This document shows, one piece after another, positions 37,044 to 50,445 of a DNA stretch of 64,000 bases (position 1 is the first letter of the stretch; each line of letters begins with the position of its first letter). The notes under the pieces are model-generated. The model ran no database searches and was not told the DNA's origin. It was given only the letters and a program-made list of their open reading frames with translations. Both the position numbers and the translations under genes were made by a program. Location: contig CATNEN010000001.1 of NCBI GenBank assembly GCA_950097015.1, positions 9,362,001 to 9,426,000 of the forward strand, read 5' to 3'. Source of the stretch: Macrostomum hystrix (taxonomy: Eukaryota; Animalia; Platyhelminthes).

Positions 37044-40000
37044 CTAGCTGCACCCTGGCTCATCATTGGCATCGGCCAGTCGATCGCCTCGGTAGCGCAG
37101 AATTGAGACCGCAGCTGCGGCGGCTGTTGAAGAAAAATTCTCGGACAATGAGAACTCATGAGCTGAGCGATGAGCAGACTCGCCGCCTGCAGCTGGCGCC
37201 ACGGGTAGGAAAGCTCGAAGCGCGTCCTCCTCTTCCTCGCTGCTCTCCTGGGTGATCTGGCGTTCGACTGCCGCTCTGGGGCAACGTTAGGGGAGCGAAC
37301 TTTTTTACCATTTTAAAGGGGCGCACTACGATTTTTTAAGACTATTATCACTGCGTCGCATCTCTCGCGTGTCGCATCTGTCCCGTGTCTATCTCTCGCG
37401 TGTCTCATCTATACCGTGTCTCATCTATACTGTGTCTCATCCCTCCCGTATCTCATCTCTCCCGTGTCTCATCTCTCGCGTATCTCATCTCTCGCGTGTC
37501 TCATCTCTCCCGTGTCTCATCTATACCGTGTCTCATCTCTCCCGTGCCTCATCTATACCGTGTCTCAACTATACCGTGTCTCATCTCTCCCGTGTCTCAT
37601 CTATACCGTGTCTCATCCCTCCCGTATCTCATCTCTCGCGTGTCTCATCTCTCCCGTGTCTCATCTATACCGTGTCTATCTCTCGCGTGTCTCATCTATA
37701 CCGTGTCTCATCTATACTGTGTCTCATCCCTCCCGTATCTCATCTCTCCCGTGTCTCATCTCTCGCGTGTCTCATCTCTCGCGTGTCTCATCTCTCCCGT
37801 GTCTCATCTATACCGTGTCTCATCTCTCCCGTGCCTCATCTATACCGTGTCTCATCTCTCCCGTGTCTCATCTCTCCCGTATCTCATCTATACCGTGTCT
37901 CATCTCTCCCGTGTCTCATCTATACCGTGTCTCATCTATACCGTGTCTCATCCCTCCCGTATCTCATCTCTCGCGTGTCTCATCTCTCCCGTGTCTCATC
38001 TATACCGTGTCTCATCTCTCCCGTGCCTCATCTATACCGTGTCTCATCTCTCCCGTGTCTCATCTATACCGTGTCTCATCTATACCGTGTCTCATCTATA
38101 CTGTGTCTCATCCCTCCCGTATCTCATCTCTCGCGTGTCTCATCTCTCCCGTGTCTCATCTCTTCCGTGTCTCATCTTCATCTACCCCAGTGTCTCATCT
38201 CTCCCGTGTCTCTCTCTCCCCTTTCGTATTACTCCTGTCTTATCTCCAGTCTCAAGTCTTCCGTCCTATCTTCCCCGGAGTCTTATCCCCCGTGTCTTAT
38301 CTCCCATAGTGTCTTATCTCCCATAGTGTCTTATCTCCCATAGTGTCTTATCTCCCATAGTGTCTTATCTCCCATAGTGTCTTATCTTCCCTAGAGTCTG
38401 ATCTCTCCCAGTGTCTTATCTTCTCCACTGTATAATATCTGTCAGTAAGTAGTCAGTTAATATTATTCTGGTCATTAAATTCGGATTGGAAAGTGAGAAG
38501 TCTTTTTAATATTACTACTCTCACCTAATCGAAGACGGCCTATCAATAAACTGAGTCTCCTCTCGCAGTACAACAGCTTCGTCTTCGAGTTTTCCATGCT
38601 CAGCCAGGTAAGCATTTAACTGTTGCAGATAGGGCAGCACAGTCTGTGGCCAACGATAAACTTTATAAGGCGGATAGAGCAGCAGGCACATTAAGCCAAC
38701 ATAGCCCAGTAGCCAACCGTGAAAGAACGTGCCAAAATAGGCTACAATAGCCGATAGAAAAGCCGCTGACAAACAGAATCTGAGCTTGTGCTCACGACGC
38801 TGACGACCGCACCAGGCCGCGAAGGCGAATATGCGTCTAACCCGTTCGTCGACCCATTGGGCAACGTCTTGGATTGAGGCGAGATTGGTTTCAACCGGAA
38901 CCCAGTCGTCTTCGCGATCAAATTCCTCGGGAACTGGATTGGAGAAATGCGTTTGAGATTATGGGTGAATTACATTTGAGACGATATGTATTGAAAATCG
39001 AACAAAATTGAATAAAACTTAATAACAAAAATCATACAAAAAACTGGCTACAAAAAACAAACTGGATATTTTCTTAACTAGACTGGAACTAATTAGCTAA
39101 TTAACTAATTAGAAACGAACTAAATTTAGATTTCTTATTCAGAAACGAACTAAATTTATATTTCTTAATTAGAAATGAGCTAAATTTAGATTTCTCAATT
39201 AGAAACGAACTAAATTTAGATTTCTCAATTACAAACGAACTAAATTTAGATTTCTCAATTACAAACGAACTAAATTTAGATTTCTCAATTAGAAACGAAC
39301 TAAATTTAGATTTCTCAATTAGAAACGAACTAAATTTAGATTTCTCAATTAAAATCGAACTAAATTTAGATTTCTCAATTAAAATCGAACTAAATTTAAA
39401 TTTCTAAATTAGAAATGAGCTAAATTTAGATTTTTTAATTAGAAACGAACTAAATTTAGATTTCTCAATTACAAACGAACTAAATTTAGATTTCTCAATC
39501 AGAAACGAACTAAAAATTCGATTTATTTTTTATAATCAAACTAAATTCACATTAGGAAAGCCTACAATTGAGAAAAATAGAAAAGTTTTGAAGAAGCGTA
39601 AATGAAGGCTTTCTGTAGTTATTTTTAATCTAGACACTTTCAGATACTCTACTACAAAAATATAAATAACCTCAATCTAAAAATTAAGTAAAACATTTTT
39701 TTGTTGTTAAAAATCTAAGTAAATTAAGATTGTTAAAGTTATAAGAAAGCTGTTTTTTTATAATAGTAAAGAAGTATTTATAGTATTAAAAGTTGTTTTC
39801 TATATCATATACGCTCGACTGTCAATAATCACTTAGCAACCAACCTTTGATCTCTCGCCAGATGTAACTCTTCCACATATCGGCCAGAACTAGAATGAGC
39901 AATAGGCAGCTCAGAATTGACAGAGCACCATGATTGCCCAGATAGCAGTAGACAAAGGCGACATGAAAGGCTATGTAAAAAGCGATAGATTTAGCTCGAT

Positions 40001-40127
40001 TTCGAAAGATCAGCAAAGTCTGCAGGCGCATAAAAGCCGGCTCCCATGGACTGATGGCGTCCTGCAGGCATTTGCCAATGCTGCCGTGACCAGACCAGTG
40101 CACTCTGCCAGCTGGGGCCGATGTCAT
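37044..40127 (-). CDS. Reticulophagy regulator / FAM134 (RETREG)-like reticulon-homology protein
   Basis: Exons 40127-39845, 38933-38525 and 37275-37044. PWEPAFMRLQTLLIF, hydrophobic hairpins, WREIKVP..DREDDWVPV, RFCLSAAF...AYFG..FHGWLLGY and SEEEEDALRAFLP resemble FAM134 conserved blocks. Confidence 0.72.
37355..38425. repeat. 16-bp satellite family (TGTCTCATCTCTCCCG with variants), RETREG-like intron 2
   Basis: Tandem units with higher-order variant patterns. Confidence 0.92.
39110..39515. repeat. 30-bp AT-rich minisatellite (AGAAACGAACTAAATTTAGATTTCTCAATT), RETREG-like intron 1
   Basis: Direct tandem units. Confidence 0.9.
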
Positions 40128-40209
40128 AGCTAGTGATGCGATGGGCACGCTTTTGATATAACTCAGTAATAATGCTGAAAGTTTCATGGGATTTGACAGT
40201 CGATAAATT

Positions 40210-41300
40210 AGAAACACGGGAGAAACAGGTGAGACACAAAAGAGATGAGACACGGGAGGGATGAGACATGGGAGAGATCAGACACGAGAGAGATCAGACA
40301 CGGGAGAGATCAGACACGGGAGAGATCAGACACGGGAGAGATAAGACACGGGAGAGATTAGACACGGGAGAGATCAGACACGGGAGAGATTAGACACGGG
40401 AGAGATTAGACACGGGAGAGATTAGACACGGGAGAGATCAGACACGGGAGAGATGAGACACGGAAGAGATGAGACACGGGAGAGATCAGACACGGGAGAG
40501 ATGAGACACCGGGGAGATGAGACACGGGAGAGATGAGACAAGGGAGAGGTGAGACATGGGCGAGATGAGACACGGGAGAGATCAGACACGGGAGAGATCA
40601 GACACGGGAGAGATTAGACACGGGAGAGATCAGACACGGGAGAGATTAGACACGGGAGAGATTAGACACGGGAGAGATTAGACACGGGAGAGATTAGACA
40701 CGGGAGAGATCAGACACGGGAGAGATGATACACGAGAGAGATCAGACACGGGAGAGATCAGACACGGGAGAGATCAGACACGGGAGAGATCAGACACGGG
40801 AGAGATTAGACACGGGAGAGATCAGACACGGGAGAGATTAGACACGGGAGAGATTAGACACGGGAGAGATTAGACACGGGAGAGATGAGACACGGGAGAG
40901 ATGAGACACAGGAGAGATGAGACACGGGAGAGATGAGACACCGGGGAGATGAGACACGGGAGAGATGAGACAAGGGAGAGATGAGACACAGGAGAGATCA
41001 GACACGGGAGAGATGAGACACAGGAGAGATCAGACACGGGAGAGATGAGACACAGGAGAGATGAGACACGGGAGAGTCGAGGCACTGGTGAGATGAGACA
41101 GGGGGTAGATGAGACAAGACACAGGAGAGATGAGACACGGGAGAGTCGAGGCACTGGTGAGATGAGACAGGGGGTAGATGAGACAAGACACGGGAGAGAT
41201 GAGACACGGGAGAGACGAGACACTGGTGAGATGAGACAGGGGGTAGATGAGACGAGGCACTGGTGAGATGAGACACAGGAGAGATGAGACAAGGGAGAGA
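40210..41300. repeat. 16-bp satellite (GAGACACGGGAGAGAT), intergenic
   Basis: Direct tandem units. Confidence 0.92.
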
Positions 41301-41789
41301 GAGGGACTTAATAAAGAATTAAAAATAAATATAAAATCGATATTAAGCAGACAGATTGTAAATTAACAAATGTAAACCTTCTATTTGCAAAAACGGAAAC
41401 CTAAATAGTTAAATCAAGTTACAGAAGCTACAAAAAACACAGCCAGAAAAAATGAAAAAATGGTGCCTCCATTAAAAAGCTTCTAGAACAAAAATTTGTG
41501 AAAAGATCGGCTGTAAGACAGAGCATCTAAGGACGGAAATCAGGCCTGCTATTGTGCGCGTCTAAAATTAGTTTAAGCCTGTGTGAAATTTTGTACCGCC
41601 TTGTTGACAGATTTACATTTACTTAAAAATGTTGACTAAAATAAAAAGAGATGTCACAGCCACTAAAATATAATATAATAATAATAAGTGCTTAGATTAA
41701 AACATTTTATAAAGTACTCGTACAAGGACCTGCCTTATAATAACGCTTTAACGCAGATAATAAAAGATAGTCATGAAAATCATCTATTT

Positions 41790-44700
41790 TCAATACAGTC
41801 GCACGTCCTGTTGTAGATGTCTGTCAAGGTCGGTGTCCTGATCGCTCAGCTCGGCATCGGCGGCTGCGGCGGCTGCTGCGGCTGCGCCCCAACCGCCACG
41901 ACTGGCGCCGGTGCCAAAGCCGACGTCGCCGGAGGAGCTCGTAACGGTTTCGAATCCGCGACCACCGATGCCGCGGTTCTAAATAGAAGATATCGGAAAA
42001 TGTCTATTCGATTTCACTCTCTTTCTTTGTTAATGTGAGAGATACAATACAGACTACTGACAACAGTAGAAAAGCAAGGACTTGGCTGCAAAACTCTCAC
42101 ATAACACTAAAAAAGTATCACCATAAAAATGGCAAGCTTAAAAGAGACTTCTGTGCACACTAAGAATGCTGGGAGAGGACTGCGTGTGGTCTGCCAGCGC
42201 GAGGTTCGTTCCCCAATTTTAGTGTGTTACATTAACAGTTGGAAGATCACTAGCGGAATCTTTTTGGCCTCTTAAACCTTTGACCTTTAATCGGAAAATA
42301 ATTATCATCTAAAGAAAACAAGAGATTCGTGACAACTAATGCAGAAATCGATCCACGCTGATAACACATGCGCTATTGGGAGTCCCGTATTTATAGCCGC
42401 TCTGGACCCCTTTCCAGCTCTGTCATTGGCTGAGCCTTTTCAAGCTCTCTTATTGGCTGGAATGAAGACACAGACGGACGGATTTTCCACGGGTGTGCCA
42501 CAGGAACACACCTGGCACAATCCGACACTCCTAGCTTCAAGCCTTAATAACATATTCATTTTATTCTTTTTGAGAACATTAATCTAGTTAACACTCACCG
42601 AACTGATAGATCCCGTAGAATCCTGATGCTGCCTATCCGAAGATCGCTTCTGCCTAGGCGTTCCCGACTTACTAGCGCTAGCGCCGGCACCGGCGCCGCC
42701 CCACGAGGGTCTTCTAGGACCTGTGACCTGCGAGGCGCTCTCAATGTCCGTCACCTCGGTCATTGTGGCGTTGGTTCGACCGGTTTGCGGAGCGGCGACT
42801 GGAAAAAATGAGTGAAAAATCGTTAATTTTGTGTCACAGAAAAATTTATCATTTAATTTATTTATTATTACTTAAAGTAGTGCAGTAAGTACATGCTAAA
42901 TAAAAATACAAATATCCAAATCCAAAGATAAATTTAGATTTTAGAAGTACGAGCAAATTTTGTAATTGACAACCACTCAAACTAAAAAATGGGCAACTCA
43001 AACCCTACACCAGGCTATTCGAACCCTACACCTGGCTACTCAAACACTGCACCAAGCTACTAAAAATTCTACACCAGGCTACTCAAACCCTACACCAGGC
43101 TACTCAAACCATACATCAAGCTACTAAAACCCTACACCAGGCTACTCAAATCATACATCATACATCACATACATCAAGCTACTGAAACCCTACACCAGGC
43201 TACTCAAATCATACATAAGCTACTCAAACCCTATACCAGGCTACTCAAATCATACATCAAGCTACTCAAACCCAGCACCAGGCTACTCAAACCCTATCCC
43301 AGGCTACTCAAACCCTAAACCAAGCTACTCAAACCCAGCACCAGGCTACTCAAACCCAGCACCAGACTACTCAAACCCTACACCAGGCTACTCAAACCCA
43401 GCACCAGGCTACTCAAACCCTACACCAGGCTACTCAAATCATACATCAAGCTACTCAAACCCTACACCAAGCTACTCAAACCCTACACCAGGCTACTCGA
43501 ATCATACATCAAGCTACTCAAACCATACATCAAGCTACTCAAACCCTACACCAGGCTACTCAAACCCAGCACCAGGCTACTCAAACCCTACACCAGGCTA
43601 CTCGAATCATACATCAAGCTACTCAAACCATACATCAAGCTACTCAAACCCTACACCAGGCTACTCAAACCCAGCACCAGGCTACTCAAACCCTACACCA
43701 GGCTACTCAAACCCAGCACCAGGCTACTCAAACCCTACACCAGGCTACTCAAACCCAGCACCAGGCTACTTACAGGGTTCCAAATCATCCAAATCTCTGT
43801 CGGCATCGGCGCCCAGACCGCCGGCGAAGCCGAATCCACCGCCGACATTGGCACTGGCGAAATTGCCACGCGCCGAATCAATGCGCGATGTGGCACCGGC
43901 TGCGGCCAAGGCGTCGGCCTCCTCCTCTTGGTTGATGATCGCGAAGCATCTACCGCAGAAGGTCATGCGAACTTGCGGTTCAACAGCCGCGGACGTTGCA
44001 CTTTCAGAACCCGCTGTCTGACGCCTGGCGGTGGCGATGGCGGCTTTGCCGGCGCCTGTTCGGCGAGAAACCCGGACACCTTCGGCTGCCAGGTCGTCTG
44101 CATCCTCTGGATGATTGAAGGGTCAGGTGAAGGTCTTGTTAATTTTCTTCTCAGAGGAGCTGCACTTTACAACGACAGTGGTGACTAGGACCAGACTAGG
44201 ACCAGACTAGGACCAGACTAGGACCAGGGCTACAACCCACCCTTGAACCTTCAGAGTCAGAAAAGCTCACCAATAAGCAAAACGCCGTCAGCTTCAAACT
44301 CATCTTCGTCATCCAGTCCGCTTCCAATAGCCGAATCTGTGCCAGCAGTCAGAGTCTTAGCAGATGAATTCGATCTCTCAGCCAGATTAGCTTCCAATTG
44401 TTTCATTCTAGCCTCCCTGGCAGCTTGTCTGGCTCCGATCGCTGTTCGTCGAGCACCCTTGACAACAATACCCTCCGAGGCGTCATCGGTACTACTAGTG
44501 GTATTACTATTAGTAGTAAAACTAACAGTAGATTCTTTCGCATCTTCAACATTAGAAGCTTTTGCTAAACGAAATTCTGAGCCCAGAATATCAGATTCGA
44601 CTGTGGCTAACTCGGCTGCAGTCATGGCAGCCTTGATTGGTGCTTGATCACCGTTTTCCCAGGCGTCGACATCAAAGGCACCGCCGCTGGCAGGTGTCAA

Positions 44701-46498
44701 AGAAGCTCTAGTTGACTGACGTTGACGCTAGGGAATCGAAAATTGGTTTGTGAAACTTTTTAGCTTACTTATCTGTGAAATCCCATAAGCTCCTAGACAT
44801 TTATCCACTGATCTGTTAGACATTTATCCCATAGTCTGTTAGACATTTATAGCCTGATCTGTTAGATATTTATCCCCTGATCTGTTAGACATTTATCCCA
44901 TAGTCTGTTAGACATTTATAGCCTGATCTGTTAGAATTTTATCCCATAATCTGTTAGAATTTTATCCCATAATCTGTTAGACATTTATCCCCTGATCTGT
45001 TAGACATTTATCCCCTAATCTGTTAGCCATTTATCCCATAATCTGTTAGAATTTTATCCCATAATCTGTTAGACATTTATCCCCTAATCTGTTAGCCATT
45101 TATCCCATAATCTGTTAGAATTTTATCCCATAATCTGTTAGACATTTATCCCATAATCTGTTAGAATTTTATCCCATAATCTGTTAGACATTTATCCCAT
45201 AATCTGTTAGAATTTTATCCCCTAATCTGTTAGAATTTTATCCCATAATCTGTTAGACATTTATCCCATAATCTGTTAGAATTTTATCCCCTAATCTGTT
45301 AGAATTTTATCCCCTAATCTGTTAGAATTTTATCCCATAATCTGTTAGAATTTTATCCCATAATCTGTTAGGCGTTTATCGCATAATCTGTTAGATATTT
45401 ATCCCATAATCTGTTAGACATTTATCCCATAATCTGTTAGACATTTATCCCATAATCTGATAGAATTTTATCCCATAATCTGTTAGGCGTTTATCGCATA
45501 ATCTGTTAGACATTTATCCCATAATCTGTTAGAATTTTATCCCATAATCTGTTAGAAATTTATCCCCTAATCTGTTAGAAATTTATCCCCTAATCTGTTA
45601 GACATTTATCCCATAATTTGTTAGAATTTTATCCCATAATCTGTTAGACATTTATCCCCTAATCTGTTAGACATTTATCCCCTGATCTGTTAGACATTTA
45701 TCCCATAATCTGTTAGACATTTATCCCATAATCTGTTAGGCGTTTATCGCATAATCTGTTAGAATTTTATCCCATAATCTGTTAGACATTTATCCCCTGA
45801 TCTGTTAGACATTTATCCCATAATCTGTTAGACATTTATCCCATAATCTGTTCGACATTTATCCCATAATCTGTTAGGCGTTTATCGCATAATCTGTTAG
45901 ACATTTATCCCCTGATCTGTTGGATATTTAACCCCTGATCTGTTAGATATTAATCACCCTATTCTGTTAGACATTTATCCCAAAATAATTCCGACATTTA
46001 TCCCCTGATCTGTTAGGCATTTATTCCCGTCGGACATTTATTTGTTGGTCAGTGCAATAGGCTAAAAGAAGTTCATAAAAAATGTAAAATATTCACCTCA
46101 ATTGCCCCAGAACCCACGTCAACTTGCATAGAAGCGGCAGCCACATTGCCGGAGCTGGACTTTCTTATTCCGCTCTTGCCAACAGCGCCACTAGTACTGG
46201 CAGTAGTAGTAGACAGCCAAGGCTTATCATATTGTCTAGCCACGCTAATTCCGCTAGCAGTGGCGGCCAATGATTTTGAAGGCGCAGCAGCGGACGGCTT
46301 CAAGGCCGGCGTTTCAAACTCTGCCGATTTCAACAGGCCCCTATCCGAGGCCTTCCGTTGCAGCGACCGCATCAGGTGCAGCAGTGGCTCCTGCGGCTGC
46401 TCACGAATCAGACTAGCCATGAGTTCTTCGAATAGAGCGCCAACTCGATGATGCTGGAGATAGGCTTGGGCATTGGACTGGCGAGTTGTGGCACTCAT
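41790..46498 (-). CDS. C8orf34: C8orf34-like protein with an N-terminal RIIa/Dpy-30-type dimerization-docking domain
   Basis: Exons 46498-46097, 44727-44271, 44106-43774, 42798-42599 and 41978-41790. Motifs QAYLQHHRVGALFEELMASLIREQPQEPL, YDKPW, LIEDADDLAAEGV, FCGRC and ESASQVTGP. Confidence 0.7.
42034..42231. mobile_element. Second solo-LTR copy (inverted, ~44-bp internal deletion)
   Basis: Reverse complement of 30285-30526, with TG...CA ends and TTAA on both sides. Confidence 0.65.
42995..43770. repeat. 22-bp minisatellite (CACCAGGCTACTCAAACCCTA-type), abutting a splice donor
   Basis: Direct tandem units running up to 43770. Confidence 0.9.
44780..46020. repeat. 23-bp minisatellite (TCTGTTAGACATTTATCCCATAA)
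   Basis: Direct tandem units filling C8orf34-like intron 1. Confidence 0.92.
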
Positions 46499-46657
46499 TG
46501 TCGAACAAACTGCGATTTCAGACAGTTCTGTATCGAAATTTAAATATCTCAACTGAAAAGTACATGTAACACTTTATCAAACTAAATTTACACTCGAAAT
46601 GTACAATACTTCCTTAAAAACTTCAAGTTGAAAACTGAATGTAAATTGTCATATTTC

Positions 46658-47300
46658 TAAAACTAGGAGTGTACACTGAATGTACATTACTAAACCCATA
46701 AAACTAGGAGTGTACACTGAATGTACATTGCTAAACCCATAAAACTAGGAGTGTACACTGAATGTACAATGCTAAACCCATAAAACTAGGAGTGTACACT
46801 GAATGTACATTGCTAAACCCATAAAACTAGGAGTGTACACTGAATGTACAATGCTAAACCCATAAAACTAGGAGTGTACACTGAATGTACATTGCTAAAC
46901 CCATAAAACTAGGAGTGTACACTGAATGTACATTGCTAAACCCATAAAACTAGGAGTGTACACTGAATGTACATTGCTAAACCCATAAAACTAGGAGTGT
47001 ACACTGAATGTACAATGCTAAACCCATAAAACTAGGAGTGTACACTGAATGTACAATGCTAAACCCATAAAACTAGGAGTGTACACTGAATGTACAATGC
47101 TAAACCCATAAAACTAAGAGTGCACACTGAATGTACATTGCTAAACCCATAAAACTAGGAGTGTACACTGAATGTACATTGCTAAACCCATAAAACTAGG
47201 AGTGTACACTGAATGTACATTGCTAAACCCATAAAACTAAGAGTGCACACTGAATGTACATTGCTAAACCCATAAAACTAGAAGTGTACACTGAATATAC
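46658..47300. repeat. 41-bp minisatellite (AAAACTAGGAGTGTACACTGAATGTACATTGCTAAACCCAT)
   Basis: About 15 near-identical units. Confidence 0.93.
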
Positions 47301-47794
47301 AATGTACAATGGCTGTACATTAAAAAAACTAAGGAATGAAATTAACTAATAAGACTATTTAACCAAAACGTTAATGTGAAAGCAACAATGAAAGAATAAA
47401 TGCCTTGCAAAAATGTCAAAATAAAAAAAACTCCAAGAAACTGTTTAAAAATAAAAAAGCCGGTTAACAGCAGTTAGGAATATTGTATTTTAAATAAACT
47501 GATTTGTATTTGTTATGCTAAATTATGCAATTCGTTTTTTTTTTAAGAAATCTGTAATAATATTTATAAATTTACTGATAACGCGGGTATAACTTGTCTT
47601 TAAGCAAGGAAATTGGCAAAGCTGATAATTTGGGAATATTAGTCAGAACAGCAAGAATCATCAAGAAAACTATAAAATTGAACCAGAATTTTCGTTATTA
47701 TTATTCAATGCAATTTGCAAGCCAATTTAAAAGACTACAGAATTAGGACACAAATAAAAGTTGAACTCTCATTGGAGTTCCACTAGTAGTCACT

Positions 47795-48700
47795 GATTCC
47801 AGGAACTGATTCTTGCTGCGATTCCAACAACTAATTCTTGCTGCGATTCCAGCAACTGATTCTTGCTGCGATTCCAGCAACTGATTTTTGCTGCGATTCC
47901 AGTAACTGATTCTTGCTGCGATTCCAACGACTAATTCTTGCTGCGATTCCAGCAACTGATTCTTGATGCGATTCCAAGACACTGATTCTTGCTGCGATTC
48001 TAGCAACTGATTCTTGCTGCGATTCCAGCAACTGATTCTAGCTGCGATTACAGCTACTGATTCTTGCTGCGATTCCAGATACTGATTCTTGCTGCGATTC
48101 TAGTTACAGATTCCTGCTGCGATTCCAGCAACTGATTCTAGCTGCGATTCCAGCAACTGATTTTTGCTGCGATTCCAGCTACTGATTCTTGCTGCGATTC
48201 TAGTTACAGATTCCTGCTGCGATTCTAGTTACAGATTCTTGCTGCGATTCTAGTTACAGATTCCTGCTGCGATTCTAGATACAGATTCCTGCTGCGATTC
48301 TAGTTACAGATTCCTGCTGCGATTCCAGCAACTAATTCTAGCTGCGATTCCAGCAACTGATTTTTGCTGCGATTCCAGCTACTGATTCTTGCTGCGATTC
48401 TAGTTACAGATTCCTGCTGCGATTCTAGTTACAGAGTCCTGCTGCGATTCTAGTTACAGATTCCTGCTGCGATTCTAGTTACAGAGTCTTGCTGCGATTC
48501 TAGTTACAGATTCCTGCTGCGATTCTAGTTACAGATTCCTGCTGCGATTCTAGTTACAGATTCCTGCTGCGATTCTAGTTACAGATTCCTGCTGCGATTC
48601 CAGCAACTAATTCTAGCTGCGATTCCAGCAACTGATTTTTGCTGCGATTCCAGCTACTGATTCTTGCTGCGATTCTAGTTACAGAGTCCTGCTGCGAATC
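47795..48700. repeat. 25-bp minisatellite (GATTCTTGCTGCGATTCCAGCAACT)
   Basis: Direct tandem units. Confidence 0.92.
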
Positions 48701-49849
48701 TTACCGCGATCTTACCGCGAAATCTAGTAACAGATTCTTACCGCGATAACTTGGGCAAAATAAGTTTTGTTTAAATCGGCTTGCAATAGATATGATGAAG
48801 CCTCCGTTTTTGTCGTAGATATAAAACACGTATTACTAGAAAACAGAACCATACAAAATATTAAAGTGATTAAAAACGAATATTAGAAAACTTTGAGAAG
48901 CACAAAGACAACAAAAAGTCCAAAAAACGTAGAGAGATTTCGCAAATTAAAACTAATAACAAAAAACAATATAAAAATCGAAAAGCTGTTTAAAATTACA
49001 CGAAATAAACATGTGTTCTACACACCGGCGAAAATCCAATACACTAATTAATAGGTTTTTTATTTGTATATTAATGATTTATTACACTGGTTATGGTCAT
49101 TTTGTATTCGTACAATAATTATACGATAACGCGTAAAAAGTTTAATTTATGAACTAACACAACGCATGCCAAGATCTTATCTTAATGTTTTTTTAGATAA
49201 GAAAATATACTGCAACACTGGTTAAGCTCAACTTAACAGAACTTTGGCAAGTAATTAGCAATTCAATATAACAATAGCTGTTTCCGAAGTAATTATAGTA
49301 TATTGAAAAACTTAATTTATTATTTAAAGTGTTTTAAATGTACGAGTATAAGTAGCTTTTTATCTTCCTTTTCGACAAAAAAAAAAGCAAACAAACAAAG
49401 AGTAAGTGAATAAAGGAATATTATAAAATCCTGCTTTGTACAACAAAGAAAAAATTAGAAAAAATGAAATTCGAAAAATAAAGTGAAGAACACTAGCGTT
49501 AATCTTGATCTATGCAGACGAAATGATCATTTTTATTGAAATATACTGGTGTAGAACGCGACTTTATGAACTAATATAAAAATGGTATAAATGAAACTCA
49601 GTACTTTATAAGTGAGCAGAAATTTAATGAAGATATTTATTTTCTGGGAGTTAAAAAGTGTCCCCTAAAATCATGAGTTCAACTGTATCTAACTTAAAAA
49701 AGTACAGCTTGGAAGCCACCGGAACAACAAAAGGGACCGAGGAACCAATACCAAAATAGAACTTGAGTAAACTAGACCCAAGACAACTACAATGTTGGAA
49801 CAAAGACTATTGACTCACTCGACCTACAGGAACAACGACTTAGAAAAAA

Positions 49850-50330
49850 CTAGACTTACTTTAACAAAGACCTAGAACAAACTAGACCTACTTTAACAAA
49901 GACCCAGAACAAACTAGAACTACTTTAACAAAGACCTAGAACAAACTAGAACTACTTTAACAAAGACCCAGAACAAACTAGAACTACTTTAACAAAGACC
50001 CAGAACAAACTAGAACTACTTTAACAAAGACCTAGAACAAACTAGACCTACTTTAACAAAGACCTAGATCAAACTAGAACTACTTTAACAAAGACCTAGA
50101 ACAAACTAGAACTACTTTAACAAAGACCCAGAACAAACTAGAACTACTTTAACAAAGACCCAGAACAAACTAGAACTACTTTAACAAAGACCCAGAACAA
50201 ACTAGAACTACTTTAACAAAGACCTAGAACAAACTAGACCTACTTTAACAAAGACCTAGAACAAACTAGACCTACTTTAACAAAGACCCAGAACAAACTA
50301 GAACTACTTTAACAAAGACCTAGAACAAAA
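49850..50330. repeat. 32-bp minisatellite (AACAAACTAGAACTACTTTAACAAAGACCTAG), 3' of G6PD
   Basis: Direct tandem units. Confidence 0.92.
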
Positions 50331-50445
50331 TTTAATCAATTTAACAACGACCCAGAAACAACTAGACCTACAAGAACAAAGATTGTACGAAGTAGCCCAT
50401 GAGAACTTTAAAAGTGTCACATTGTTTTAATGAGCTCCAACTTAT

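Noticed and set aside
44159-44161. Alternative acceptor (gtgcag) for C8orf34-like exon 3
   Set aside because: It leads to a premature stop. The acceptor at 44107-44108 restores the conserved EDADDLAAEGV frame.
36498-47300. 37-bp and 41-bp arrays as CRISPR arrays
   Set aside because: Units are head-to-tail with no unique spacers, there are no cas genes, and the context is eukaryotic.
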